DNA of 64,000 nt from NCBI GenBank assembly GCA_002352385.1, contig DEII01000121.1:19959-83958 (forward strand), given 5' to 3'. A model generated the notes under the pieces. The model ran no database searches, had not been told where the DNA came from, and saw only the letters and a list, made by a program, of their open reading frames with translations. Positions 20,273 to 28,885 of the stretch are shown here, piece by piece (the first letter of the stretch is position 1; every line of letters begins with the position of its first letter). The translations under genes and the position numbers were made by a program. The stretch comes from Methylococcaceae bacterium UBA2778. Lineage in GTDB: Bacteria > Pseudomonadota > Gammaproteobacteria > Methylococcales > UBA2778.

Positions 20273-22167
20273 GCGGCATCTTTGGCATCGTCAATTTCGA
20301 CGGTCGTCCGGTTCAAGAGCAAGACCTGTCTCCCATGCTGGCCACTCTGAAACGCCGGGGACCGGACGGGTCTGGGATATGGATCAAAGGTCCGGTGGGG
20401 CTGGGTCATGCCTTGATGGTAACGACGCCTGAGTCTTGTGGAGATAAGCAGCCGGTTGTCGATCGAACAGGCATGTTTTCCTTGACGTTTGCTGGGCGAA
20501 TAGATAACAGGACAGAGTTATCAGCCGCGCTTGAAATTAATAGCCCGCCCCTGAATGACCTTTCCGATGCGGAGTTGGTAATGGAATGCTATAAGCGGTG
20601 GGGAATCGGTTGTTTGCAGCATATCGTAGGCGATTTCGCATTGGCGCTTTGGGATGGCCGAAATCAGCAAATATTCTGCGCCCGGGATGTGCTCGGCATC
20701 AAGCCATTTTTTTATTATTTTGGCAAGGGTACTTTTCGTTTTGCTTCTGAAATTCGACCGGTGATCGAACATGCGCCGATTCAAGTGAGACCAAACGAAA
20801 AGGTCGTTGCAGAGTATCTCGCCGACACACTTCGAACAGTTGACGAGACGCTTTATGTAGATATTTATCGCTTGCCTCCAGGCTGCTATCTCATTGTCAC
20901 CCGCACCGGTCTGAGGATTACCCGGTATTGGGAAGTCACTGGCCTGAAGCCCATCCGCTATCGGACAGATGACGAATACACGGAGCATTTTTTGACGCTG
21001 TTTCGAGAGGCTGTGAATGCCCGTTTACGCACTGTTGGAGGAGTTGCTTCTGAATTAAGTGGTGGTATTGACTCTTCATCAGTCGTTGCCATGATCTCGC
21101 AGCTCCAACACGAGGGAAACATTCCACGCAGTGATTTTAGCACACAATCCCTGATATTCCCTGGCCTAGAGTGTGACGAAAGCGACTACATCCGCGCCGT
21201 TATCGACCGCTGCGGTATAAAGAAACATCGGGCTTGGAGGCCGACACCTTATGACTATGAATGGCATCGAAACCAGGTGAAACGGTATTGGGATATTCCT
21301 GACTATCCAAATGGGGCGATGGCTCATCAGTTTCGCGAGATTCTTGGCAAAGAGGGCGTCAATGTTGTGCTGACAGGGCTAGGCGGCGATGAATGGTTTG
21401 CCGGAAGTCGATACGATTACGCAGACCTCATTCGACAAGGCCGACTCCTGTCGCTTTTCTCCAAGCTGCGGGCCGAGAAGGACTCTTTGGGCTCTGGGAC
21501 GCGCGATGTTCTGCGATATGGTATACGCCCATTGATCCCGGAGCGATTTATCGCGTTGCTTCGGTCACTCAAGGCAAATTCATACGAATCGCATTATCCA
21601 TGGATTTCGAGAACGCTGTTTGATCAAAGCGCATTGAGCGAACGTTTACGGCAACCACCGAACTGGCGGATGCTTCCAACGTACGCACAGACAGAGATGT
21701 TTAGCCGCGTAACGAGCATAATCCAAGTACATGCCATCGAAATGGAGGAACGTTCTGCAGCAGAGCTGGGGCTTGAATTGAGGCATCCGTTTCAGGATCG
21801 CCGCATAGCAGAGTTTGGACTTGCCCTACCTGAAGAGCAGAGAAGGCGTAATGGCATAGGAAAATATGTGATTAGAAAGGCCATGCAGCCTTTGCTTCCA
21901 CGCCTGGTTCTTTCTCGAACTTCCAAGGCCGAATTTTCGGCAGTGTTTATGGAGGCTATTGAAGCACAAGGGAGTCGCGCCTTTGAGAATATGGCCATCG
22001 CTGAAGCGGGCTGGATAAACCGCGACGAAGCCATCAGGATGTATAAGAGGGTGAAAACCGAATATGCTTCTGGCGACCGCGATTGTTGCCAGTACCTCTG
22101 GCCTTTATGGCGTATTTATGGTATGAATATTTGGTATCAGGAAGTGCTTTTAGACTCTCGAGTCTAA
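20269..22167 (+). CDS. Lasso peptide macrolactam synthetase (C protein, asparagine-synthetase B-like)
   Basis: 632 aa. The N-terminus MSGIFGIVNFDGRPV fits a Ntn glutaminase-like domain, and the central SELSGGIDSSSVV PP-loop ATP pyrophosphatase motif fits asparagine synthetase homologues. Confidence 0.9.
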   Translation: MSGIFGIVNFDGRPVQEQDLSPMLATLKRRGPDGSGIWIKGPVGLGHALMVTTPESCGDKQPVVDRTGMFSLTFAGRIDNRTELSAALEINSPPLNDLSDAELVMECYKRWGIGCLQHIVGDFALALWDGRNQQIFCARDVLGIKPFFYYFGKGTFRFASEIRPVIEHAPIQVRPNEKVVAEYLADTLRTVDETLYVDIYRLPPGCYLIVTRTGLRITRYWEVTGLKPIRYRTDDEYTEHFLTLFREAVNARLRTVGGVASELSGGIDSSSVVAMISQLQHEGNIPRSDFSTQSLIFPGLECDESDYIRAVIDRCGIKKHRAWRPTPYDYEWHRNQVKRYWDIPDYPNGAMAHQFREILGKEGVNVVLTGLGGDEWFAGSRYDYADLIRQGRLLSLFSKLRAEKDSLGSGTRDVLRYGIRPLIPERFIALLRSLKANSYESHYPWISRTLFDQSALSERLRQPPNWRMLPTYAQTEMFSRVTSIIQVHAIEMEERSAAELGLELRHPFQDRRIAEFGLALPEEQRRRNGIGKYVIRKAMQPLLPRLVLSRTSKAEFSAVFMEAIEAQGSRAFENMAIAEAGWINRDEAIRMYKRVKTEYASGDRDCCQYLWPLWRIYGMNIWYQEVLLDSRV

Positions 22168-22459
22168 AACTGATGAAGGATGCCAATGATTTAAATACAG
22201 TTTTTTGTATAGGAGTGCCGTTACGTTGGAATGAACATTCTTCAATCGGCACGATTAGGATGCATTTAGGCGTAGCCCGCATTCCGTGCTTACTCTATAA
22301 ATCGATGCGCTAGCATGCTTTTTAGTACAGGAATAAACAATGACTTGTGCGCTCAACGTGTTCAATTTTCGTCTTAGAAAAAGCAATCGATAAGTTCGAG
22401 CGCGGAAGCCCCTCCCCCCGGATGCACGTCAATTCTAAATCCACAAGAGGAGTCTCAAA

Positions 22460-22633
22460 ATGCAAAATTCAAATGAACACCCAGAAAAGCGACATATGGA
22501 GATTGAGCCTCGAAAGAAGCGGAAGTACCGGGGGCCTCTCATACAGAAATATGGTAATATTTCTGAACTGACCCAGATGCCGGGCGGCAGTGGAGTGCCA
22601 GAAGGCGCCAGTGGGAAAAACCATCCCCTGTAA
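22460..22633 (+). CDS. Lasso peptide precursor (A peptide), 57 aa
   Basis: Below the track's apparent length cutoff (no ORF shorter than 60 aa is listed). AAGAGGAG Shine-Dalgarno 7 nt upstream of the ATG. Translation: MQNSNEHPEKRHMEIEPRKKRKYRGPLIQKYGNISELTQMPGGSGVPEGASGKNHPL. Y23/P26/I28/G32/T38 fit the leader motif YxxPxLx3Gx5Tx, placing Thr at -2. The only acidic core residue, E48, is core position 9. Confidence 0.7.
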   Translation: MQNSNEHPEKRHMEIEPRKKRKYRGPLIQKYGNISELTQMPGGSGVPEGASGKNHPL

Positions 22634-22922
22634 TATACATTGGTACAAGACGTCAATGGCCGCTTCCAGAAATATGCCCCTAGGATAAATTGCTCGTTCC
22701 CGGTAGTTTGGTGGGGACGGGCATAGTCCGCGTTCCGCGCTTCTCAATAAATCGATAACTTCGTGCTCCTCCTGAATGACGACATCGAGCACAAATACAC
22801 AAACGGTGGAGTCATTTTTCTCCAGGGAAAAACTGATCAGTCGGGTAAAGCGCGGATGGCTGGTTGTGCCCTATGGGATTCACTTTGGAAAGGTCTAACT
22901 CAGAGGTTTTGAACCAATCGAA

Positions 22923-23906
22923 TTGAGAGAGCGGCCATTGACATTCTATCGGTTATGTGACTTTTTAATCGAGAGCAACGTCATACTCTCCGGCCTTTTG
23001 GCCGCAGGCAAGGCGGATACACGACAAACCTTCCGGTTGCGCCCGGTGCGACCGTCATTTCTAGTCATTGATAACTGGTTACGCCATCAGAAGCTTCCTG
23101 ATGGCACTGAATGGCTGTCGGTTGCTCGCTTGAAGGGCGAATATCTCCTGCGCTTTACCAACTTGGCCGACTTCACGGTCTCGGCAGATGGTTGGCAGAT
23201 TAACTGCTACCCCCACGGGAACATCGTCAACGAGACCGCTAGCCACCTGTTGCTGGACCAGGTGATTCCGGCAGTGTTAGCCCATCAAGGCGAATTGGTT
23301 CTGCATGCCTCCGGCGTGGTCAGCGATTACGGCGCCATCGCCTTCTTGGGCGAGTCAGGATCTGGAAAGTCGACCCTGTGCGCCGGCTTCAATCGGGCCG
23401 GGTTTCCGCAATTGAGCGATGACTTTCTTCTCCTGCGCGCGAGCAAGGATGGCTTCGTGGCTGTCCCTAGTTATCCGGGGCTGCGTCTGTGGCCAGACAG
23501 CAGAACCGCTCTGAAATGGGAAGCGGCCGATACGACGCCCGTTGCCCATTACACGACCAAGGAGCGCTTGGATACCTCCTCCCACGGTCTTCCATTCTGC
23601 TCGGTCCCCGTGCCAATCACGACACTGTTTGTACTCACTTCTCCTGACGAAACGATGAAAACAGACCAAGTGAGTATAGAACCGCTCACACACCAAGACG
23701 CCTTTATGGCATTGCTGAAATACTCTTTTCGTCTGGATATTAGTGATCGGGAACGCAATAAGAAAGCATTTCGGGACATTGCCGAGACTGTATCCAAACT
23801 GAAGCTCTTTCGGTTATCGTATCCCCGCAAAATGGCAATGTTACCGCAAGTGCGAACGGCGATTTTGGAGCACCTTGCAACTGAGGAGAGAGCGATGGAA
23901 AAATAG
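22923..23906 (+). CDS. HPr kinase/phosphorylase-like protein (candidate lasso peptide tailoring kinase)
   Basis: 327 aa with LHASGVVSDYGAIAFLGESGSGKSTLCAGF, a P-loop in the context typical of the HprK C-terminal domain. Lies directly downstream of the precursor. TTG start as given in the track. Confidence 0.75.
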   Translation: MRERPLTFYRLCDFLIESNVILSGLLAAGKADTRQTFRLRPVRPSFLVIDNWLRHQKLPDGTEWLSVARLKGEYLLRFTNLADFTVSADGWQINCYPHGNIVNETASHLLLDQVIPAVLAHQGELVLHASGVVSDYGAIAFLGESGSGKSTLCAGFNRAGFPQLSDDFLLLRASKDGFVAVPSYPGLRLWPDSRTALKWEAADTTPVAHYTTKERLDTSSHGLPFCSVPVPITTLFVLTSPDETMKTDQVSIEPLTHQDAFMALLKYSFRLDISDRERNKKAFRDIAETVSKLKLFRLSYPRKMAMLPQVRTAILEHLATEERAMEK

Positions 23907-24061
23907 AGGGGGATCAGCGATACTTTTTGATGTCACGCGGTCTGAGGTCTTCCTTCCACATCCCCAAGCTCCTTCGCCAATCCTGCTACGTTGCCTTGTC
24001 CTGTCCCCCGTGTCTCCGGCGGTATATCCCGCTCACCGTCCTCGAACAAGGCTTTCACCCG

Positions 24062-24352
24062 TCACGCACCCCACTCCCAAAACCCTTGCCTCCCCGTCGC
24101 CGGCACCGGCTCCACCAGCCGGGCAGCACAGACCACGACGCCGCGCGGCAGGGTATCGAAGCTGCAGCCGGCGCGCGCCAGGGCCTCTTCGATCTTCGGT
24201 CTGCCCCGGTAGCGTTTGATATCCCTGCTGGTCTTGGCGGCGTGGATCGCCAGCGGTCCGCGGTAGTGGGTGGACCATGAGCGAGTCTCGAACCGTTTGG
24301 CGCCGATGGCGACCAGGGTGGCCCATGGCTGCCAGAGTGTGATTGCTTTCAT
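24062..24352 (-). CDS. ASCH-domain protein
   Basis: The internal ATG at 24352 gives MKAITLWQPWATLVAIGAKRFETRSWSTHYRGPLAIHAAK..., the usual N-terminus of small ASCH proteins. The track ORF extends to 24451. Confidence 0.65.
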   Translation of the reverse strand: MKAITLWQPWATLVAIGAKRFETRSWSTHYRGPLAIHAAKTSRDIKRYRGRPKIEEALARAGCSFDTLPRGVVVCAARLVEPVPATGRQGFWEWGA

Positions 24353-25026
24353 CGGAAGAGCTGAAAAAAGGGATGGTTTGGACCAAGCGAAAGAGATTTC
24401 TCTTTTCGTTGGGAGCTCGAGCACTCTAGCGGATAGAATGGCCTCGGTCAATGCGGCAGCGGGCGATCCGACAACGGTTGGGCTCTCTACCGCTTTCCGC
24501 AGCTTTTCTATTGATAATCGAATCTTTATGTTCGATTATGAGGCCGTGAACGGTGCGGAATTCATCAGGAGGGTCAAGCTCATTGGCAACCGCAACCGCA
24601 ACCGCAACGGCGTCGATGTCTGTCTTGTCGGCTGTCATGGAAAAGGCAGCTGTGCAGTGACGGATGATAATGTCCGAGAGTTCGAAGAGCGGAGCGAGGG
24701 TTGCATTCGAGGAATCTTTGATCAATGTATGGGTTTGATTTACACTGCAACTACTGCAGGAGGCGTGGTCTGTCCTCGTTTTCATGTGTTCCTTTTTTGG
24801 TCCTATGTTATGGCTGTTTTGTTCGGTTCGATTGGCTGTCGCTGCTGCATGTGTCAGTTGATTGATAGGCGGTCGATTGAGCGGGCAAAGAACTCTTCGG
24901 AAATAGTGCCAAGAAAATACACCGTATCATGGCGGAACCGCTTCGCGTTCGGCCCGACGCCCAGGCCTGCTAACTTAATGGCATTGAGGTGAGCGGGCAA
25001 AGGCGTGCCGGTTCCCCCGGTCTATC

Positions 25027-25180
25027 TCTCTTTTTCTGGCGCCGAGGCGCTGCCTCGATGCTTTCGTCTTGGCGGTTCCGCCGCCGAAATCGGGGAGCAA
25101 AGACCAACAAGCGGTCAATGCCGACAGGGCAGCGGCTCCAGACGTGGTGATGCGGCGGAGCTGCTGCGGCTAAGTGCCGA
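25027..25180 (+). repeat. About 150-nt dispersed intergenic element, copy B
   Basis: CTCTTTTTCTGGCGCCGAGGCGCTGCC...GGGGAGCAAAGACCAACAAGCGGTCAATGCCGACAGGGCAGCGGCTCCAGACGTGGTGATGCGGCGGAGCTGCTGCGGCTAAGTGCCGAAAAGG. Homologous to copy A, with an internal insertion of about 30 nt. Confidence 0.7.
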
Positions 25181-25202
25181 AAAGGAACTCAGCCATTTTG
25201 AT

Positions 25203-25236
25203 CCCCTCATCCCAGCCTTCTCCCGGACGGAGAAGG
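25203..25236 (-). repeat. REP-like unit CTCCGGGAGAAGG..GGGATGAGGG, copy 1
   Basis: The reverse complement of CCCCTCATCCCAGCCTTCTCCCGGACGGAGAAGG matches the units at 32235 and 62548. Confidence 0.55.
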
Positions 25237-25298
25237 AGCGCTCCATCCTGATTCGACAGCATTGATTTGGAGGGTGGGCGCGCGCGGGAGCTGCGGAC

Positions 25299-25396
25299 TC
25301 TGGAATCGGGAAAAAGGAATCACGGATCAGATAGGGATGAGTCAATTTTTTTCATTCCCACTGTCTGATCCCTGATTCCCGATCCCTGTTTCCTGG
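25299..25396. repeat. GGGATCAG-type palindromic repeat, copy 4
   Basis: TCTGGAATCGGGAAAAAGGAATCACGGATCAGATAGGGA, an AT-rich loop, then TCCCACTGTCTGATCCCTGATTCCCGATCCCTGTTTCC. The arms are imperfect reverse complements. Confidence 0.7.
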
Positions 25397-25466
25397 TACT
25401 GGATCACATGAAACTGTTGCACAACAAAACGCTCGCTGCTCGGCAGCTGCAATTCCAAAAAGCACA

Positions 25467-27017
25467 ATGACACGAACCAAACGATCCAGCAACCTGAAAC
25501 TGTGTCGGGTGGCCATCGATACCTATCGCGAAAACGTCGCCTATATGCACCGCGAATGCCCGATCTACCGGGCTGAGGGGTTTCAGGCCTTGTCGAAGAT
25601 CGAGGTGAGCGCCGATGGCCGCCGCATCCAGGCTCTTTTGAACGTCGTCGACGACGATGGAATCGTCGGTACCGATGGTCTGGGGCTGTCGGAGCAGGCG
25701 TTCGATCAACTGGGGCTGGAGGCCGGCGGACTGGTTCAGGTCGCCCAGGCCGAACCGCCGGGCTCGATGGATGCGGTCCGCAGCAAAATCGCCGGTGAGC
25801 GGCTCACGCAGGAAGATTTCCGGGCGATCGCGAAGGATATCGCCGCGCACCGCTACTCCAAAATGGAGATGGCGGCATTTCTGGTTGCCGCGGGCCAGGC
25901 CGGTCTGGACCGCGATGAAGTGCTCTATCTCACCCGCGCCATGACCGAGACCGGCGAACGGCTGAATTGGCACGAACCGCTGGTGGCCGACAAGCATTGC
26001 ATTGGCGGCATTCCGGGCAATCGCACATCCATGCTGGTGGTGCCCATCGTTGCTGCCCACGGCATGTTGATCCCCAAGACCTCCAGCCGGGCCATCACTT
26101 CGCCGGCCGGAACCGCGGATACGATGGAGATGCTCGCCACGGTCGATCTGCCGATCGAGCGGCTGCATGAGATCGTCCGCATGCATCGCGGCTGCGTCGC
26201 CTGGGGCGGCAACGCCAATCTTGCACCGGTCGACGATATTCTCATTTCGGTGGAACGGCCGTTGGGCATCGACTCTCCAAGCCAGATGGTGGCTTCCATT
26301 CTCTCCAAGAAACTGGCGGCCGGTTCGACCCATCTGCTCATCGACATTCCGGTCGGCCCCAGCGCCAAGGTGCGTCACATGCGCTCCGCTATGCAGCTGC
26401 GCAAACTGTTCGAGTTTGTCGGCGACCGGCTGGGACTGCACACCGAGGTGATGATCACCGATGGTCGACAGCCCATCGGCCGCGGCATCGGGCCGGTACT
26501 GGAGGCGCGCGATGTGATGCAGGTTCTCAAAAACGATCCCGAGGCACCGTTCGATCTGCGGCAGAAAGCGCTGCGCCTGGCCGGCCGTGTGATCGAATTC
26601 GATCCGGACGTGCGCGGCGGTCAGGGCTATGCCATCGCCCGCGACATTCTCGAGTCCGGACGTGCACTGGCGAAAATGGATGCGATCGTCAAAGCGCAGG
26701 GCGCCAGTCAGGCACAGCATGCGACCGGCCGCTTCACCTACGATGTCAATGCCGAGCGCAGCGGCGTCGTCAGCCGCATCGACAATTATTTTCTGGCGCG
26801 GGTGGCGCGGACGGCGGGTGCGCCGATGGATCACGGCGCAGGCGTCACCCTGCTGAAAAAAATAGGCGACAGCGCCAAGAAAGACGAATGCCTCTATCGG
26901 GTCTATGCGGAATTCCCGGCCGACTTCGATTTCGCCAAGAATCTCAACAGGCAGCACGGCAGCGGGTATACGATCGGCGAGGAGAGCGACATACTCGAAC
27001 CTTATGTCGAATTTTGA
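25467..27017 (+). CDS. Thymidine phosphorylase family protein (long, AMP-phosphorylase-like type)
   Basis: 516 aa with an N-terminal extra domain, then [52 protein letters not shown] and SKKLAAG, motifs of the glycosyl-transferase family 3 pyrimidine nucleoside phosphorylases. Confidence 0.88.
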   Translation: MTRTKRSSNLKLCRVAIDTYRENVAYMHRECPIYRAEGFQALSKIEVSADGRRIQALLNVVDDDGIVGTDGLGLSEQAFDQLGLEAGGLVQVAQAEPPGSMDAVRSKIAGERLTQEDFRAIAKDIAAHRYSKMEMAAFLVAAGQAGLDRDEVLYLTRAMTETGERLNWHEPLVADKHCIGGIPGNRTSMLVVPIVAAHGMLIPKTSSRAITSPAGTADTMEMLATVDLPIERLHEIVRMHRGCVAWGGNANLAPVDDILISVERPLGIDSPSQMVASILSKKLAAGSTHLLIDIPVGPSAKVRHMRSAMQLRKLFEFVGDRLGLHTEVMITDGRQPIGRGIGPVLEARDVMQVLKNDPEAPFDLRQKALRLAGRVIEFDPDVRGGQGYAIARDILESGRALAKMDAIVKAQGASQAQHATGRFTYDVNAERSGVVSRIDNYFLARVARTAGAPMDHGAGVTLLKKIGDSAKKDECLYRVYAEFPADFDFAKNLNRQHGSGYTIGEESDILEPYVEF

Positions 27018-27200
27018 AGTATCGGGCAGAGATGCTTATTCGCCTTCGAAGAGTCCTGCCGGCAGAGACGGATACCAATGATCGTTGACGATTTCGCCGC
27101 AGCCGCTCTCGCCGGTTCATCAGGGAAATCTCTGCGGAAACGGCGGATATCGGGCCCTCTCCATAGGCCGCAGGCGCTCTGATCGAAACAGGTCCCAACC

Positions 27201-28070
27201 ATGCAGATACTCGGCTTTCCTGATTACGATGCGCAGGCACAGCGGCTGGCGAACGAATTGAATGCGCCGTATTCCGCAATCGATCTGCACCGGTTTCCCG
27301 ATGGGGAAAGCCTCGTCCGTCTGCCGCTGCCGCTTGCTGAACCGGTGATCATCTGCCGCAGTTTGAACCTGCCGAACAGCAAACTGGTCGAACTCATGCT
27401 CGCAGCGGCAACCGCCCGCAGCCATGCGGTGCAGCGCTTGATTCTGGTTGCGCCCTATCTCTGCTACCAGCGTCAGGACACTGCGTTCCGGGCCGGCGAA
27501 GCGGTGAGTCAGCAGATCGTCGGCACTTTTCTGGCCCGTTATTTCGATGAACTGATTACCGTCGATCCGCACCTGCATCGCGTCGATTCGATCGAGGAAG
27601 CGGTACCCTGCCGCCGTGCGGTCAGCTGCACTGCGGCACCTTTGATGACCACCTTTTTGCGACGCCAATCGAACAACCCTTTGCTTGTGGGCCCTGACAG
27701 CGAGTCGGAACAGTGGGTCGCTTCCATTGCCCGCACGGGAGAGCTGGATTATGTTGTCGCGTCCAAATCTCGCCGGGGAGACCGGAGCGTGGAGGTTCAG
27801 CTCCCTGCGTTTGAATACACAGGGCGGGAAGTCGTTATTATCGATGACGTCGTGAGCAGCGGCTGCACGCTGGCGACCGCCGCCCGGCATCTGCGCCGTG
27901 CCGGTGTGCGCTCCGTCGACTGCCTGGTCACCCACTGCCTTTTGACCGCCCGAGCGGAAACAGCCTTGCACGAGGCAGGGATCGAGCGGATTTGGAGCAC
28001 CGACAGCATCGAGCATGCGTCCAATGTGATCGAATTGGCGCCTGTGCTGGCCGCGGCGGTAGTACAATAA
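27201..28070 (+). CDS. Ribose-phosphate pyrophosphokinase family protein
   Basis: 289 aa with FPDGESLVRL, VAPYLCYQRQD, ITVDPHLH and the PRPP-binding loop VVIIDDVVSSGCTL. Confidence 0.85.
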   Translation: MQILGFPDYDAQAQRLANELNAPYSAIDLHRFPDGESLVRLPLPLAEPVIICRSLNLPNSKLVELMLAAATARSHAVQRLILVAPYLCYQRQDTAFRAGEAVSQQIVGTFLARYFDELITVDPHLHRVDSIEEAVPCRRAVSCTAAPLMTTFLRRQSNNPLLVGPDSESEQWVASIARTGELDYVVASKSRRGDRSVEVQLPAFEYTGREVVIIDDVVSSGCTLATAARHLRRAGVRSVDCLVTHCLLTARAETALHEAGIERIWSTDSIEHASNVIELAPVLAAAVVQ

Positions 28071-28292
28071 CCGAGCGACTGTCATCGGCCTGCGACGGGG
28101 AGAGCGGCTTTCCGGCCGCCGTTTTTTCCATCAGCAGGATTTGATATAGTGTCGTGGTCCGCAAAAGAACGGTTTCCATCACCGGGCAGAGTGCGGAAGC
28201 CACCCTATTTTTAGGCTGTTCGCCCATATCCCGGCCGCTTCATCGGCTGGCGTTTGGAAACAAGAACAGGTGTCAGACAGAGGAGAAGCATC

Positions 28293-28817
28293 ATGCCAAA
28301 AACAGCGGTTCCGTTCATGCTGGTAGCAGCCTTGACTATTTTAGCGGGCGTCCGGCCAGCCATGGCCCAGGATGATCAAGAGAGCGGTTGTTTCGAATTG
28401 GCAAACCGAACCTACAAGCTGCTGAATGCCGCCCTGGCAAGTGAGCGCCTGGCCCATTTCAAAAAGCCCGATCACCGGTACTCGCAGGAGAATGTGCACA
28501 AATTCGGAGCCGAAGATTTTGCTGGCGACCCGAAAGTCTCGTTCGCCGAAGCCCAGGCTGAGCTGGATGCGGCTTTGGAACTGCTCGAGCAGGCCAAGGG
28601 AAAACAGTGTCTGAACAGAGAGCTGCTCAGTGCGGCTCAGGACAATCTCTCCGATGCAAAAAAGATCGACGCCTTCTTGCAGGAAAGAGTTGCCGAGCTG
28701 GGCGGGCCTCCGGTCGACATGACCGCCGAAACCTATACCGCCTTTCTAGCGAAAGCCGTCGATTTGAAGAAAGAGGCGCTGCTGCGTCTGATCGAGTCGA
28801 ACTTTGGCAGGCAGTGA
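28293..28817 (+). CDS. Hypothetical secreted protein
   Basis: GAGGAG Shine-Dalgarno upstream of the ATG at 28293. Signal peptide MPKTAVPFMLVAALTILAGVRPAMA, with a helical, charged remainder. No family recognised. Confidence 0.5.
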   Translation: MPKTAVPFMLVAALTILAGVRPAMAQDDQESGCFELANRTYKLLNAALASERLAHFKKPDHRYSQENVHKFGAEDFAGDPKVSFAEAQAELDAALELLEQAKGKQCLNRELLSAAQDNLSDAKKIDAFLQERVAELGGPPVDMTAETYTAFLAKAVDLKKEALLRLIESNFGRQ

Positions 28818-28885
28818 AGCGGCGCGCAGACTCGCCAGTCGAGTACGCACCGACATGGCCAAGCGATAAGTTCGTGGTGGCTTGA

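Noticed and set aside
22469-22792. 107-aa minus-strand ORF (and 22435..22656 minus, 22347..22571 plus) overlapping the lasso precursor locus
   Set aside because: They have no Shine-Dalgarno and no recognisable features. The plus-strand 57-aa ORF in another frame has a strong Shine-Dalgarno and a complete lasso leader motif, which explains the locus better.
24586-24608. Hexanucleotide microsatellite (GCAACC) of about 4 units
   Set aside because: It is real but short, not in a supported gene and not near a promoter I can define, so a phase-variation role would be speculation.
24270-24992. 240-aa plus-strand ORF and the 119-aa minus-strand ORF 24426..24785 in the AT-richer flank
   Set aside because: The plus-strand ORF starts antisense to the ASCH gene and has an odd, Cys-rich, low-information sequence. 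The minus-strand ORF has no Shine-Dalgarno or motif and includes the AVAVAVAV stretch produced by the microsatellite. Neither can be supported as a gene from sequence alone, but they could be checked by homology search.
25404-26957. 517-aa minus-strand ORF
   Set aside because: It is antisense to the thymidine-phosphorylase-family gene, whose plus-strand translation carries all family motifs.
27120-28085. 321-aa minus-strand ORF
   Set aside because: It is antisense to the PRPP-synthetase-like gene.
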